Shown piece by piece: positions 12,901 through 22,060 of a DNA stretch of 64,000 nucleotides (within the stretch, counting starts at the first letter, position 1; every line of letters begins with the position of its first letter). A program made the translations under genes and the position numbers. This DNA is from a virus, in IMG/VR virus record IMGVR_UViG_3300020160_000328, positions 1-64,000 of that record. The stretch is one strand, 5' to 3'. Below the pieces are notes generated by a model that saw only the letters and a program-made list of their open reading frames with translations, was not told where the DNA came from and searched no databases.

Positions 12901-15900
12901 ATCTTGTAAGCTAGTAGCTAAAGCATCTTTAATAGTTTTAATGTATACTTTCTTGTTGTAATCTATAGAAGATATAATAAGATTTTTTAAAGAAGATACT
13001 AATTGTAAGTTCTCTAAATTACTTAAACCTTTAATCTTATTAGATTTAATAGCTTGTATAGCTTCTTGTTGTTCCTCATTTACATTCCATCTAGAATTAA
13101 ATGTGTTATCTATATTAAAGTTATCTAACATAGAGTTCAAGAAATCTTGTTCTGATTCTGAAAGATTACTTTTAGCTTCTTCTACAATAGAACTAAATTC
13201 TTGTTTAGCTATATTTTGTGCTGCATTAGAAGCAGCCTGTGCTGCTTTATCTAATGAAGAATTACTATTACCTACAATATCATAACCATTGTAAGGAGGT
13301 AACTCAAAGTTAGATTTACTTTTTGAAGATTCAAAATAGATCATAGGTTGTACATCTAATACCCATTTATCTTTACCTTCAATAGTTTTAATCTTATGAG
13401 ATATAATGTTAGTTCTTAAATTATCTTTTACTGTATCATTATAAGTTCTAGCACCAGGTATGATTTCTCCTTTCTCATTTACATTAGAAATAAGAATATC
13501 ATCTTTACCTAATGTACCTAAGTTAACTGCAAATTGAGATTTCTTAACAATACCTCTTTCAGGATGAAATAACTTATCAAAATTACTCATTGTAATTCCA
13601 ACAGCATCTCTACCTGCTACTTCAGTAATTCTATTACCAATACCTATTTGTCCTCTGTAATTTTCCTCATTAGGTTTGAACTCTCCTTTATGTAATACTT
13701 GTATAGCATTAGGAATAGATTTCCATTGTCCTGTTTTGTTATCTAAGTACTTATTATCAAAGTAAGTAATACCTGTTTTATGAAAACTATTATTAGCTAC
13801 TTTATCTAAAGTCTCATTTGTTTTACCCATCTGTACAAATAAACCTGTATAATCTGCTATGTTAGTAGAGATATTTATACCAGTATCTTTTTGTACTTGT
13901 TTTTTTAATTCCTCTGCTTTACCTAATGTAAAGTTATATTTATCTTCTATTTGTTTTCTTAGTTCAGAATTATCAGAGTTATTTAATATGATAGAAGATA
14001 GTACTCCATATTTAATATTATTAAATACTCTCTCATCAAGATCTGCTTTTAAGTTATCTGTAGCTACAGGAGAATTATTCATTGTATGTAAAACCATATG
14101 AATAGGTTCTCCATTACTATTCTCCATTGCAACTCTTAAGTCAACAACAGTTCCATTAGCAAACATAGGGTTACCATTTTCATCTAATTGATTTATATCT
14201 ACATTAGTAGCACCTTTGAATACTTTACCTTTAGAAGTTTCTATAACATATAAGTTACCTTGTTTTTTAACTATACCAATAGTAGACTCTCCAGTAGCTT
14301 GACTTATAGTCAATGGAGTTTTATCTATATGGTTATTAGTTTTATCTAAACTACCAAAATGTGTAGAAGATATTTCTATCTCATTGTTACCTGCAATTAT
14401 TTGTTTTCTTAATTCTTTAACATTGTTAAAACCTTCATCTGCTATAGCTTGTTGTTTTTCTACACCTTCTCTATCAGATATATTTCTTTCATTATACCAA
14501 GATGGTTCATGTATCATAAATAAAGGTACAGGATTAGATTTCTCATCTGCTGTATAAGTTGCAACCATAGGAACTTTAGCAGCCCATAAGTCATTACCTT
14601 CTACTAGTTTACCTTTATTTTTTATTTTATATAATCCCCAAGTTGTATTCAAAGCAGTACCATCAGATAAATATTCTGTCATTGGAATATCATCTAAATC
14701 CATTTGAACTACTTTTAACTTCATCCCTGGTTTAATAAAACTATAATCTAATATAAAGTGATTATCAACTAAGTCATTAGTTTTTAATTCTCTATTTAAT
14801 ACAGTCCAAGTTACATCATCTATTCTTTTAGAATCTTGTAAATTAAAAGCAGCCTTTAATCCTGCATTAGCAGTTCTTCTATCCTCAGATTGGAATGAAT
14901 CTATATCTACAGATTGAGCTTTTCCATTTAAGTCAAACTTATTTTTCTTAGCTGTATCTTCTTGTAATTGATATTCTTGTTTCTTAACAGCTTCAACTAC
15001 TTCTTGTTCAGAAGAATTATCTATATGATTTAAAGCTTCATTTAATAAAGCATCATCTACATTGAATAAGCTTTCATATACTTCATCTCTGTTAGATACA
15101 TCTCTACCTATAGCTTGCCAAGCATCTGTAAATACATTGAATAAATCTTCTACTTGTGCATATGTATGTTTTCTAATTCTACTCTCAATAAAATCTTTTA
15201 GATTAGCTTTCTTATCTAATTGTTCATCTAATCTATCTGCTACAGTTTGAGTTAATTGTTTTAAACTAGTACTAACATTACCTGTACTTCTTCTAGAGAA
15301 TGTAGGCTCATCTAATACATCATCAGGAGCTTGTTCATTTTGAGATAGAATTAAGTTAAGCAAATTATCATCTGCAACTTCAGGAGCTTCAGAAGACTCT
15401 ACAATACTCTCAGGTTTAGGTATAGAATCTACAGGATTAACTCCTAAGTTTTCTTTAACCTCAATCTCATTTACTTTCTCTTGAGCTTTTTTTAATATTT
15501 GATTATCTTTAGATAACTCAATTAATCTAACTTCATCAGTTTCAATATCTCTAACTTGTAGATATCTTTTTTCATCTTCTACTTTTATATCTCCTAATAT
15601 TTCTTCATTAGGTTTTAACTCTGTAGATAGTTTTCTAGATAGTTCATATATAGAATCCTTATCAACTGCTGTAGCTAATACAGAAGATGCTTCTAATTGT
15701 TTTTGTTTTTTTATTTGTGCAGCAAAGTAATCTTGATTAAGTGGATTAGTTTGGTTATTTAATTCACTCTCATTTTCAAAATCTAAATCTTCAACTAAAG
15801 ATTTATGATTTCTTAACTCTATTAATTCTTTTACATTACCTACATTATTTTTAATTAACTCATTTACATATTTTAATTGAGCTGCATATGTTTCATTTAA

Positions 15901-18546
15901 ACCTGTGATCTCACCAGTGTTAGTAGTTTCATTAATACTAACATTAGCATTAGAGTTATCTTGTTCATTCTCTAATGAGTCTAAAATAGCATTAATATCT
16001 TGATAGTTATAACCTCTTTGTTTGTTATACTTATCAATACTTTCTTTACCTTCTAAAGTAGTCTTATCTATTTTAGCTTGTAGATCTTTAACAGTTTGTT
16101 CTGTAAGTACTTTGTTTATACCTAATTGTGCTATAGTACCAAAGTTTACTTTACCACCATGCTCTTCTCTTATGTTAGATAATTGTTTAACTACAGATAA
16201 AGCATTTGTAGCATTAGCTCTAGTATCTTCAGATAAGTTTTCATTTCTTGAAGTTCTAATTAAACTCTTTTCAAAAGAATCTAAAGTTCCAGTCTCTAAT
16301 GCTTTAACAGCTAAATTAGTAAATGATTTTTTCTCTAATCTATCTGCTTCTTCTTTCTTACCATCAGTTCTTAACTCAGCTACTTTTCTTTGGTAGTCTT
16401 GTAGTTCAAATAATGAACCACCTGTATTCATAATAATATGCTCAGCTAAATTATCATCTGTAATAGCCTTATCTATATTACTATATGTTTGAGCTAATTG
16501 TTTTTTAGTTTCTTTATTTTGTTTCCAGTTATCTCTATACTCTTTATTAGTAGTGTAGTTAACTGCATGTGAACTTGCACCTAAACCACCAAATCCTACA
16601 CCCATTAATAATGTTTGTGCAACTACATCCCCATAGAATCTAGCAGCTTGACTATCTTTAAAATCAACTTCTTTACCACTTGAGTCATGACTAAAGTCGT
16701 ATAAAGATTTTAATTGTTTAGCATAGTCTTCTTGATAAGTAGGTGTAAGTTGAACTGCAATCTCTTCTAAAACCTCTCCAGGTAAACTATGAAATATCTT
16801 AGCTCCTCCTGTATGAGATGCAGCAGATTGTGACATCTTACCTAAGTAAGTATCATTAACAATTTCTCTACCTTTTCTGTACATGTTAGTAACAGGACTT
16901 AAAAACTTCTCAGCTTTAGTACCTGCCATAGCTTTAGCTATTCTAGAACCTTTAAATAGTTTATCTCCTAATTGACCTACATACTTCTCAGCAGCAAGTT
17001 CTTTTATAGATTCAGTATAACCATATATAAAAGCATCTTTCTCAGATACATCAGCTTCTATGTTATTTGTATTAGGATCATAGATAGTACTTAAAGCATC
17101 AGATACTTCTTTCATCTTACCTCTAATTTGAGATAGTTTATTCAAATCATCTTCAGTCTTTTTAGGCTTACTATCTATTTCATGTTCTTGTTGTTTTAAT
17201 ATAGCAATAGAGTTTTTAGCTTCTTTCTCATATGCTTTTCTAGCAGATGCAGAAACTAAAACTTTTTCATTACCTTCTGAATCAGTTACTAATTGTGTTT
17301 GTCCAATATATTTTCTTGCAGCACTATCATAAGTTGCAGGCATTGCAAGAGATTGTGTTAATACATTACCTGTACCAATAAGACCTTTTTCAACAAAGTT
17401 AATAGTAGCTAGTTTAGCTAATTGTGCTTTAGTTAATTGTGCTCCAATCTCTCCACCTAATATAGTACCAAGAGCTAATCTTTCTGTTAAAGGAGTTACT
17501 ACAGCTTTAGTAGCTGCACCTCCCCAACCTCCTACAGGAGCTGTTAATAACATTTGTTCCATAAACACAACAGAGTGTCCTGTACCTTCTCCTGTTCTAT
17601 ACCAGAATCTATTAGCTGATAAATCTAAATTCTCAGTTTGTTGTTGTAAGTTGTATGCTTGTAATAAATGTTCTTCTTGTATACTAAGAGGTTTACCATC
17701 TCTTTGTTTAGCTGCTGCTACACTTACATTAAGTTTATCTCTCAATGGTAATAAACCTGCTGTAGCTAAACCATCAGAAGCAGTTCCTAAACCATCTAAT
17801 AAACCATCTTCACCATTTAAGAATTTCTCTAAAATTTCTTTTTGATTCTTTAGTATGTTAATAGCACTTCTTTCTCCACCTACTTGATTTTCAATTTGAG
17901 CATCCATAAGACCCATAGTAGATACACCAGCAACTCCTGCATTTTGCATGTTTCTGTTTACATCATCCCAATCTATTTGAGGACCTTCATTTTTAAATTT
18001 CTCTAAATGTTCATTTACATTTTTAAGTTTAGCTTTAGCAATTGGTTCTTCAACAATTCTTTTTTGTTTTACAAGTTCTTTATATTGTTTCTTTTCATTA
18101 TCAGACATACCCATAGTGTCTGGTGTAACTGCATCAGCTAACCAGTATATAGGTGCAAAAATATTAACTCCATTATCATCAAAGAATGAAGAATTTCTAT
18201 CTGCTGTTTTAGCCCAGTTCTTGTTTTCTAACTTAGCTATTTTATCTTTAATGTCTTTATAACCTTTATAAGTTTCTTTTGGAACTTCTTTAGCTACTGT
18301 GGCTTCAAATTCAGTTTTAGGAGCATACTTCTCATTCTCTTTTTCTTCAGCTAGTTTTTGTTCATACTCATGAAGTTGTTGTTCAACTTCTTTTTGTTTA
18401 TTCACATCTTCTTCTAAAAAGTCTTGTTGCTCTTTATTTAACTTAGGTAAACTTATAGGTTTATCAAATGTTAAATCTGATTGTCCATAAAGTGTACTGT
18501 TTGTATTTTCTATCTGACCTTGTAACCAACTTCTTCTTTTTGCCAT
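3907..18546 (-). CDS. Giant virion-packaged RNA polymerase polyprotein (crAss-like vRNAP) with a zincin-like domain and a C-terminal SF1B helicase
   Basis: 4879 aa; FRIPTSSHQS and catalytic LGEDYDIDK (DxDxD at 8788-8802); EEIIH zincin-like motif; helicase motifs GYAGTGKTT, IIDEASM, VGDDAQ, TIHKSQG, YVAVTRA. Confidence 0.9.
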   Translation of the reverse strand: MAKRRSWLQGQIENTNSTLYGQSDLTFDKPISLPKLNKEQQDFLEEDVNKQKEVEQQLHEYEQKLAEEKENEKYAPKTEFEATVAKEVPKETYKGYKDIKDKIAKLENKNWAKTADRNSSFFDDNGVNIFAPIYWLADAVTPDTMGMSDNEKKQYKELVKQKRIVEEPIAKAKLKNVNEHLEKFKNEGPQIDWDDVNRNMQNAGVAGVSTMGLMDAQIENQVGGERSAINILKNQKEILEKFLNGEDGLLDGLGTASDGLATAGLLPLRDKLNVSVAAAKQRDGKPLSIQEEHLLQAYNLQQQTENLDLSANRFWYRTGEGTGHSVVFMEQMLLTAPVGGWGGAATKAVVTPLTERLALGTILGGEIGAQLTKAQLAKLATINFVEKGLIGTGNVLTQSLAMPATYDSAARKYIGQTQLVTDSEGNEKVLVSASARKAYEKEAKNSIAILKQQEHEIDSKPKKTEDDLNKLSQIRGKMKEVSDALSTIYDPNTNNIEADVSEKDAFIYGYTESIKELAAEKYVGQLGDKLFKGSRIAKAMAGTKAEKFLSPVTNMYRKGREIVNDTYLGKMSQSAASHTGGAKIFHSLPGEVLEEIAVQLTPTYQEDYAKQLKSLYDFSHDSSGKEVDFKDSQAARFYGDVVAQTLLMGVGFGGLGASSHAVNYTTNKEYRDNWKQNKETKKQLAQTYSNIDKAITDDNLAEHIIMNTGGSLFELQDYQRKVAELRTDGKKEEADRLEKKSFTNLAVKALETGTLDSFEKSLIRTSRNENLSEDTRANATNALSVVKQLSNIREEHGGKVNFGTIAQLGINKVLTEQTVKDLQAKIDKTTLEGKESIDKYNKQRGYNYQDINAILDSLENEQDNSNANVSINETTNTGEITGLNETYAAQLKYVNELIKNNVGNVKELIELRNHKSLVEDLDFENESELNNQTNPLNQDYFAAQIKKQKQLEASSVLATAVDKDSIYELSRKLSTELKPNEEILGDIKVEDEKRYLQVRDIETDEVRLIELSKDNQILKKAQEKVNEIEVKENLGVNPVDSIPKPESIVESSEAPEVADDNLLNLILSQNEQAPDDVLDEPTFSRRSTGNVSTSLKQLTQTVADRLDEQLDKKANLKDFIESRIRKHTYAQVEDLFNVFTDAWQAIGRDVSNRDEVYESLFNVDDALLNEALNHIDNSSEQEVVEAVKKQEYQLQEDTAKKNKFDLNGKAQSVDIDSFQSEDRRTANAGLKAAFNLQDSKRIDDVTWTVLNRELKTNDLVDNHFILDYSFIKPGMKLKVVQMDLDDIPMTEYLSDGTALNTTWGLYKIKNKGKLVEGNDLWAAKVPMVATYTADEKSNPVPLFMIHEPSWYNERNISDREGVEKQQAIADEGFNNVKELRKQIIAGNNEIEISSTHFGSLDKTNNHIDKTPLTISQATGESTIGIVKKQGNLYVIETSKGKVFKGATNVDINQLDENGNPMFANGTVVDLRVAMENSNGEPIHMVLHTMNNSPVATDNLKADLDERVFNNIKYGVLSSIILNNSDNSELRKQIEDKYNFTLGKAEELKKQVQKDTGINISTNIADYTGLFVQMGKTNETLDKVANNSFHKTGITYFDNKYLDNKTGQWKSIPNAIQVLHKGEFKPNEENYRGQIGIGNRITEVAGRDAVGITMSNFDKLFHPERGIVKKSQFAVNLGTLGKDDILISNVNEKGEIIPGARTYNDTVKDNLRTNIISHKIKTIEGKDKWVLDVQPMIYFESSKSKSNFELPPYNGYDIVGNSNSSLDKAAQAASNAAQNIAKQEFSSIVEEAKSNLSESEQDFLNSMLDNFNIDNTFNSRWNVNEEQQEAIQAIKSNKIKGLSNLENLQLVSSLKNLIISSIDYNKKVYIKTIKDALATSLQDHLVPVYNTNKSILANLSNLPEEKRMVQNERGQSLQDVILKLQSNIETMDTIFEQGDKLISTKKDNLGSITKELNTLFGTNLEEEDIEENEDSFSKSFLEKELKLSYSVGLRLSLFGVPTLNSNKNQVTGFLNLPKYHNVDDVINILLDITSTMNSNWDTLVSRLDAAYEDRGLPIYQQLKNKLNALPDYLKNELLYKSIAKKLTIYKILNSPIYGYNSKGQQIITGYDLSVLDENSSKEDMRLRNSIKDGFISSSFGQTDDAGDIILNRQYTENAQKALSKYILDNGKSADETKVREIFNHFGLGVFNDNTIKEYLKGNNPFEKNTGILWFVNQKLNDLIKADKDKKDSKKILLTEKTNNLFNNANSALDKLVQLEVMLNGSFVSNSIRVAGKTMQGVIANTSIYDITQELKDFENSDLFKALKNNALTKNNTIIELLENDAKFNQAFSVGFSSPDSYKVHGKNNFGDTDFDKIAEQDNIATTFALYTNTKGNPTLSDPNFKKGLSFRIGQLTTPTLSDKGRMVYLTTALLDLKSDNITFDGDTVALDDNVLSYLSEQLFESDLNRIVQSYKNGKTNIKEYDVASKIFTSLPSLNSIDYKGKNIHEYLRDPDFEKASPEVMQELRTQAKAKIAAYVNSELNSKINSKGTEGQFVQFDMYDNTVEDEKESGIRVKNIDTEYLNSKPGETSLDKLRYVTTEFIINNILNLNNIHQVYLGDIAYYSKAGKISGMAFNTDGTIDTSRISDPKVYGSILEGIGVIIDKRAASLIAPGLKLANSDNKLYKNNTHYMHIAVNDVESMSSVIRELVESQYGKFENEASKALDEVLSIDEKINSTQDSNEIKALEKRKKVLIESHLSELKDYFNITGTDAQEYTTWKAHIDTLYRQGKLTDEDERIISSAYEKLSNGQEVNAEELKTLMQPIKPVYTGLVPEGNLIRPVYIKSSSFPLLPQVTKNLKIDEVRKKLETLEERSGTVVRMSYQTANKIGARNTKLSMEDLYSKDINELYTEDNTGLLNSAISVLPTKNFKVQQETPSKEEKAYKKGKDSYITMGSQFFKVITGNGINHITEKIFPNLFSQDILDMNGVLPVKGKLSGQDLDKIYKNIYSEYSQTLKDDLYSELGLNDRRSFEQLSEPQQNEIITNLQRIIKKEIVERGYPNYLEESVRLVEEAGILKTEMPLMFDANSHKFESLLLAIVSSRLINHKLPGNSHISASSEGFERITNLEAISEKTRNGIVWLGDRGPGELKSTINKDGQIVESEVLIKSHYKVRYVNGQDEQGNDTYGFKYIDLQSDEYSEPIITDGKITGRKLKQDKIDEQLLSQFSFRIPTSSHQSGVVLKVAGFLPTEAGDLLLVPKEHTVQLGEDYDIDKRYIYKSNYYVDSKTGSIKKLQYEENVKASIETINSILTQEDITSDKLVSALTQSNLVDEAQELRDEIVDMGVNANSEGLIKVGKKALNKLKLKMLENSLIDIYKSVYQSPNDEIQRKIFRPLVTDTAEETSSLMDKYLSTDKDYTNFSILSDNYQRYLLKLGADGKGGIGVHSNAVTLEAQLQKIDNDNKVRIVDHYDLETQAPIYFDETIGRGLTSEGWLGKSYKTLDGGRDVADQHGENQNVSTDNINKQIMGKRNENTHTMSVYAFMAHLGFDLTLDKVNTGIGESTKLHVPSLLMNQPVIRDYVELKEKYSSITAEFSKDTDSKILEELGKRYNFVPLKNQFGVYSLTNFMEGNVYSEASNEMTGQKLWDNLKKDNVSSNIQAAALQKFFRFQAKALELSQYQQLINLSTSELGISYFEVMQRIETLNNLGRTNSFENSNNLVGNAISDYEYLELPMEERKEYTKVGEFYWKPNTIEGTMLINSLKSAQDVLPIFFPYEAKAYQDVVNRIFTVKNIDPNKKSSSVLKLKYEIMSNLNDFISSDTGIFQGNANNERARLFKDTDTNKSLAKILKELKESRHPIMNNLLLKDFKFEINKDGSGISLISHLASNSTSFDKISKYESFNELLQSDEVLGEFNGETLTSQKLAQDLASYAYLADNENGATGFRNFISVDYLKVLQSTDKFRNMFDKIKDGQENTLMDNFVTQFFQHNPDRAYTLNPNNQVDKGFVAIKGELAKANTLEEFRLENETPEFVSVRDGSIKTSNKKYILFKYNEDSDSYKRIDVLGTRGYNEYNSNNPVQTTIVKNNVFKKGTFKIDNIGGVRSYINKDTRLRTKLPSVNELLPSSLGLEGILQKIYDSEKTSQEYKNFINELKDYVKLDVKFEYAPMSNGTFGQYNRDTNTITISSTIVEDALLQTNGSFNDAINIVKEVIFEEIIHSMTVNEIKKYIQSEDKTTGKVTLIENAPLFANKLVALYEAARQEVPYDERDISTYYSKDIYEFIAGVFVSPDYRAKLEEKQEGFMDRFKKMLRDLFGIFYNNSTGKTLKYNDEIFGAIKDLLKTEKEISPDNKGIELKEAKPTLQEVIQEDRVEVLEVEVQRVEPIKEQSKIINNGKIILNKDQEKAFNEIIEFFNNKDRKTHSLIGYAGTGKTTLLNIIKEKIDNPFSNVIFTSPTHRANAVIKLKNKDAKVYTLHQLLGLNIEQDLETFDSKDAKFTPQNNLKVNQDDVVIIDEASMINDELFNLINNYLDNMGVKILYVGDDAQIKPVKQTHKSKALTSTEAQSKLTIVERANNNSLLNESMNVRNTGDFSYTTNIDNNKGIAFTNSRVQFLTKAFDMFKSEEFKENPLLLRILSGTNKVVEETNNSIREALFGKEAKEYESGDIIMGYGNWKVDFKTKQPKLNNGGDYKIISSKETTNNIAGEKVKGFEVEIKNILDSEQSSFRGFIISKDNSEEILNSIGSYYEQLRLNAIQQPKGSPASARAWATLTEFKDSFLSPVDIKHNGYTKIGKTLDYGYSHTIHKSQGGTYKYSFILDDTISSFQDSELKSQLKYVAVTRAEDASFILTTHKIEQTNKPIVQENKETKVLEFDMSKFTSGGDSYDSRRNNFRLPEIKKC

Positions 18547-18557
18547 TTTTCTTTATT

Positions 18558-20129
18558 TTAAAATCCTATGTTAAGTGGATCATTTCCTATATAAAATTCT
18601 GAGTAGAAAGGTTTTCCATTCTCAGGAGTAATCTTAACTGTTGCTACAGTACCTGACTTATTACTCTTATCAGCAGCAGGCATAAATGCAGCAGTACCTT
18701 CTACTATTTCAATGTTAGAGATTCTATCTCCTTTGTAACCTGGTATACCATCTATACTTTTACCTTTAAGAGAACTTAATGTTACCTTCTTACCTTTATC
18801 TAAACCTACATTGTAATGTTGTGTTCCATTAATACTACCAAAATCTAAATAACCTTCTTTATTAGATAATATTTTATCAACACCTTTAGCTTTAAATTTA
18901 GTATCTACATAATCAATTTGTTTTTGATTGAAACCTAAATTCTTAAAGTACTGTGTTCCTGCTGTCATATTAACATTTAACATGTTATCTAATCTTTGTA
19001 ATTCCTTAAATTGAGCAGGATATTTACTAGGATTATTTCTGATAGCTGTCATATACTTATCATAATCTTTTGGATCCTTAGCACCAATCTGTGTAGCTAG
19101 ATTTGCTATATTAGCTTTATATTTCTGAACTACTTTTTTTCCTTCTTTAGTATAATTGTAATAAAAACTTGTATCTTTATTAAATGTTATAGGTAGCTCT
19201 TGAGGTTGATTAGCTTTAGCTAATGTATACTCATATTGTTTTAACCTCATACTACTAGCTTCTTGAGCTTTCAATAAACCATATTGATCTTCATCCTTTT
19301 TAGCTTCAGCTTTTTGTTGTTTGTATTCAAAGTTCTTAATGTATTGTCCTTGTTGGTGCATTGAACCATTAGGATCATCTATACTTAATAAGTTTCCTTG
19401 TTCATCAAAGTACTTACCTAAACCAAATTGTTGTTCTTGTTTAAAATAAGGTTCATAATTTTTAGCTTTAACAAAATTAGCATAAGCTTCTTTTAAACCA
19501 TTTAGTTCTTTTGTAGATAGAGATTTAGTATCTATCTATCTTCCATTAGAAGATGCTGTTGCTTTAGCATATATATCAGCTTCACTATTTTTTAACTCTG
19601 CTAAAAATTCTCCTGTTGGATCTTGCTTATCATATATCTCATTAGATTGAAATGTATTATCTAAACTTCTATTAGGATTCTTTTTCCATTCATTTAAGAA
19701 AGCTTGTCTTGCTGCTTCTTTTCTAACTGGATCTTTTATAGTCTTAAGATGATCTTCCATAGCTTTATAATTAGCTGCTGACTTTTCTATCTTAGATATA
19801 TCTCCTGTTTTATAATCTGATTCAACTTCTCTCTTTAAATTATTAATCTCAGGTAAAACACTTTTCCAATCATTTCCACTACCTTGTAACTTCTTAGTTA
19901 ACTCATCTGCTCTTAAAGCATATAAATCTTGTTTCTCTTTTACTTTCTGTCTTTCTACTGGATCATCAATATAATTTATATCAATGTTCTTAAATAGATC
20001 TGCTTTAGCTAAGGAAGCATCATAACTTTGTTGTTCCTGTCCTAAAGCTTCTTTCATTAATTCCCAAGGTGGTTGATATGTAAAATCATCAATAAACTCG
20101 GGTTTGGCTGTTTTATAAAATCTTCCCAT
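18558..20129 (-). CDS. Virion cargo protein of ~523 codons with one in-frame TAG (ORF-track pieces of 197 aa and 267 aa)
   Basis: The two pieces are in the same frame, and 19362-19535 is open (IDTKSLSTKELNGLKEAYANF...). The only interruption is TAG at 19536-19538. Confidence 0.75.
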
Positions 20130-20132
20130 TTC

Positions 20133-22031
20133 TTACTTTGGTTTATTAATATTAATTTCTTTATTATCTTCTCTTGAGTATACTTTATTATCTTTACCAA
20201 TATACCATTCTCTTTTAGCTACTTTATCTATAACTGTATCTCTAACTTCTTTATCAGGTATAGTTTTAAGAAACTCTGAATTTTCACTAGCTACATTAGT
20301 AACTACTTTTTTCATTTTACCTGAATAAGCATTCATATTAAAGTCAGGGAATAATGAATCCATTATATTACTAGTAACATTTCTTTCTTTAATAGCATTT
20401 ACATTCTTACCTATATGTTGTAATCCTGTTCCTTTAGTTGCAATATCTTCTGCCATTTGAGAGAAGTAATTATCTCTATCTTGTCTATCTGCTAAGTCTC
20501 TACCATATTCTCCTTGCATTACTTTTGCATCTTGATCATTTTCTAAAGCTGCTTCTTGTCCATATATCTGTTGCATAGCTTGAGCAAACTGATTATAGAT
20601 TTGGTTTCTACTATTATTAGCATTAGCATCAGTTGCTAAATCTAAAGCTCTTAAAGTATTAACTCCTCTTGCAGAATTTCTACCTCTTTTAATTGCAGAG
20701 TTTTTAGATAGTTCTAAATCACTTAATTGATTATCTCTAACTTGATTTACATATTGTTTAGAAGCATCCATTTTAGCTAGAGCATCTTTACCATAATTTT
20801 TAAAAGCATTTACATTAGGAGTATCTCCTGCTCTATTTGCTTTTGTATTTTGCATAGGTTTAAAAGTAGAATACAATTGTCCTGCCATACCTATCATATC
20901 TCCTGCTGTAACTCCTAAGTTTGCATCTGATAAATTTAATTTATCTAACCAACTATTCTTAGGTGGAGTACCTTTATTTTCTTCTCCTACATAAGGTCTA
21001 TTCATTCTAGTTGACATTTCATCAAAACTTTCTGAATCAGATATTCCTGTGTCTAAAGAAGCATTGTCTAGTATAGGTTGGTTCTTAAGTCTACTATCTA
21101 ACTTATCATAATCTATTAAAGGATTTTTAGTATAAGCTCCCCAACCTTGCCCAAAGTTATTAGCAAATGTAGGAATATCTTCTTCTTCTAATGGACCATA
21201 TACAGGTCCTCCTATAGCAAACTCTTCTACAGTTCCTCCAAATGCAAAATGTTGAGCCATGTCAGACATCATCTTAGCAAATTGCATTTTCATCATATCT
21301 GCTTTTTCTTGTTTCTCATTATTTTGCTTTGTTCTACCATAAGTATCTTTTAAAGCTTTATCAGAAGGATTACCTTTAAGAAGTTTTTCTAATTTTTGTT
21401 CTTGTTTTTCTCTAGCAATTTTTCTATCTGCCATAGACTTACCATTTGGACCTTTTATTCTTTTAGAGAATATTTCTGTACCTGATGGTACTACCATATC
21501 TATACCACCTTCAGCATGTGAAGGTCCATTAAGTTCTTGTACTTCTCCATTAGGTGTTTCCATTACTTCATCACCTTCAGCTTCAATAGGGGTAGGTATT
21601 CCTACCTTACCCCCTGTAGCCATCTTTCCAAAATTCTTATTCATAAATCCTGCTGAACCAGTTGTACTTGCAGTCTTACCACCTAAAGTTTCTGTTGAGG
21701 AAGCTCCACTTCCATAACTCATTAACATACTACCTAGTTGTTGTGCTAATCCTCCTCCTATTTCTAAACCTTTAACCCAACCATTATTAGATGCAGTTCT
21801 ATCTGCATTAACTTTAGCTATATCATTTTTCATTAAAGCTTCTTCAGGACTTTCTATATTGACACCACTATTAGATGGTTGCTTTATAGGATCAGTTCCA
21901 ATAGAGTTATTATTAGATAACTCACTTATCAAACTAAATAACTCTGGCATAGCTTGTGCTATACCTCCAAAATCATATCTAGGTAATCTAGCACCTTTAT
22001 TTGATTTAGTTACTATTCTCTTACTTTTCAT
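20133..22031 (-). CDS. crAss-like virion cargo/structural protein
   Basis: 632 aa; EAEGDEV...GPSHAEGGI motif and (F/M)AxGG repeats as seen in crAss-like cargo proteins; lies between the tail and vRNAP genes. Confidence 0.65.
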   Translation of the reverse strand: MKSKRIVTKSNKGARLPRYDFGGIAQAMPELFSLISELSNNNSIGTDPIKQPSNSGVNIESPEEALMKNDIAKVNADRTASNNGWVKGLEIGGGLAQQLGSMLMSYGSGASSTETLGGKTASTTGSAGFMNKNFGKMATGGKVGIPTPIEAEGDEVMETPNGEVQELNGPSHAEGGIDMVVPSGTEIFSKRIKGPNGKSMADRKIAREKQEQKLEKLLKGNPSDKALKDTYGRTKQNNEKQEKADMMKMQFAKMMSDMAQHFAFGGTVEEFAIGGPVYGPLEEEDIPTFANNFGQGWGAYTKNPLIDYDKLDSRLKNQPILDNASLDTGISDSESFDEMSTRMNRPYVGEENKGTPPKNSWLDKLNLSDANLGVTAGDMIGMAGQLYSTFKPMQNTKANRAGDTPNVNAFKNYGKDALAKMDASKQYVNQVRDNQLSDLELSKNSAIKRGRNSARGVNTLRALDLATDANANNSRNQIYNQFAQAMQQIYGQEAALENDQDAKVMQGEYGRDLADRQDRDNYFSQMAEDIATKGTGLQHIGKNVNAIKERNVTSNIMDSLFPDFNMNAYSGKMKKVVTNVASENSEFLKTIPDKEVRDTVIDKVAKREWYIGKDNKVYSREDNKEININKPK

Positions 22032-22060
22032 TTTAAAATTTATTTTTATTAATATTATTA

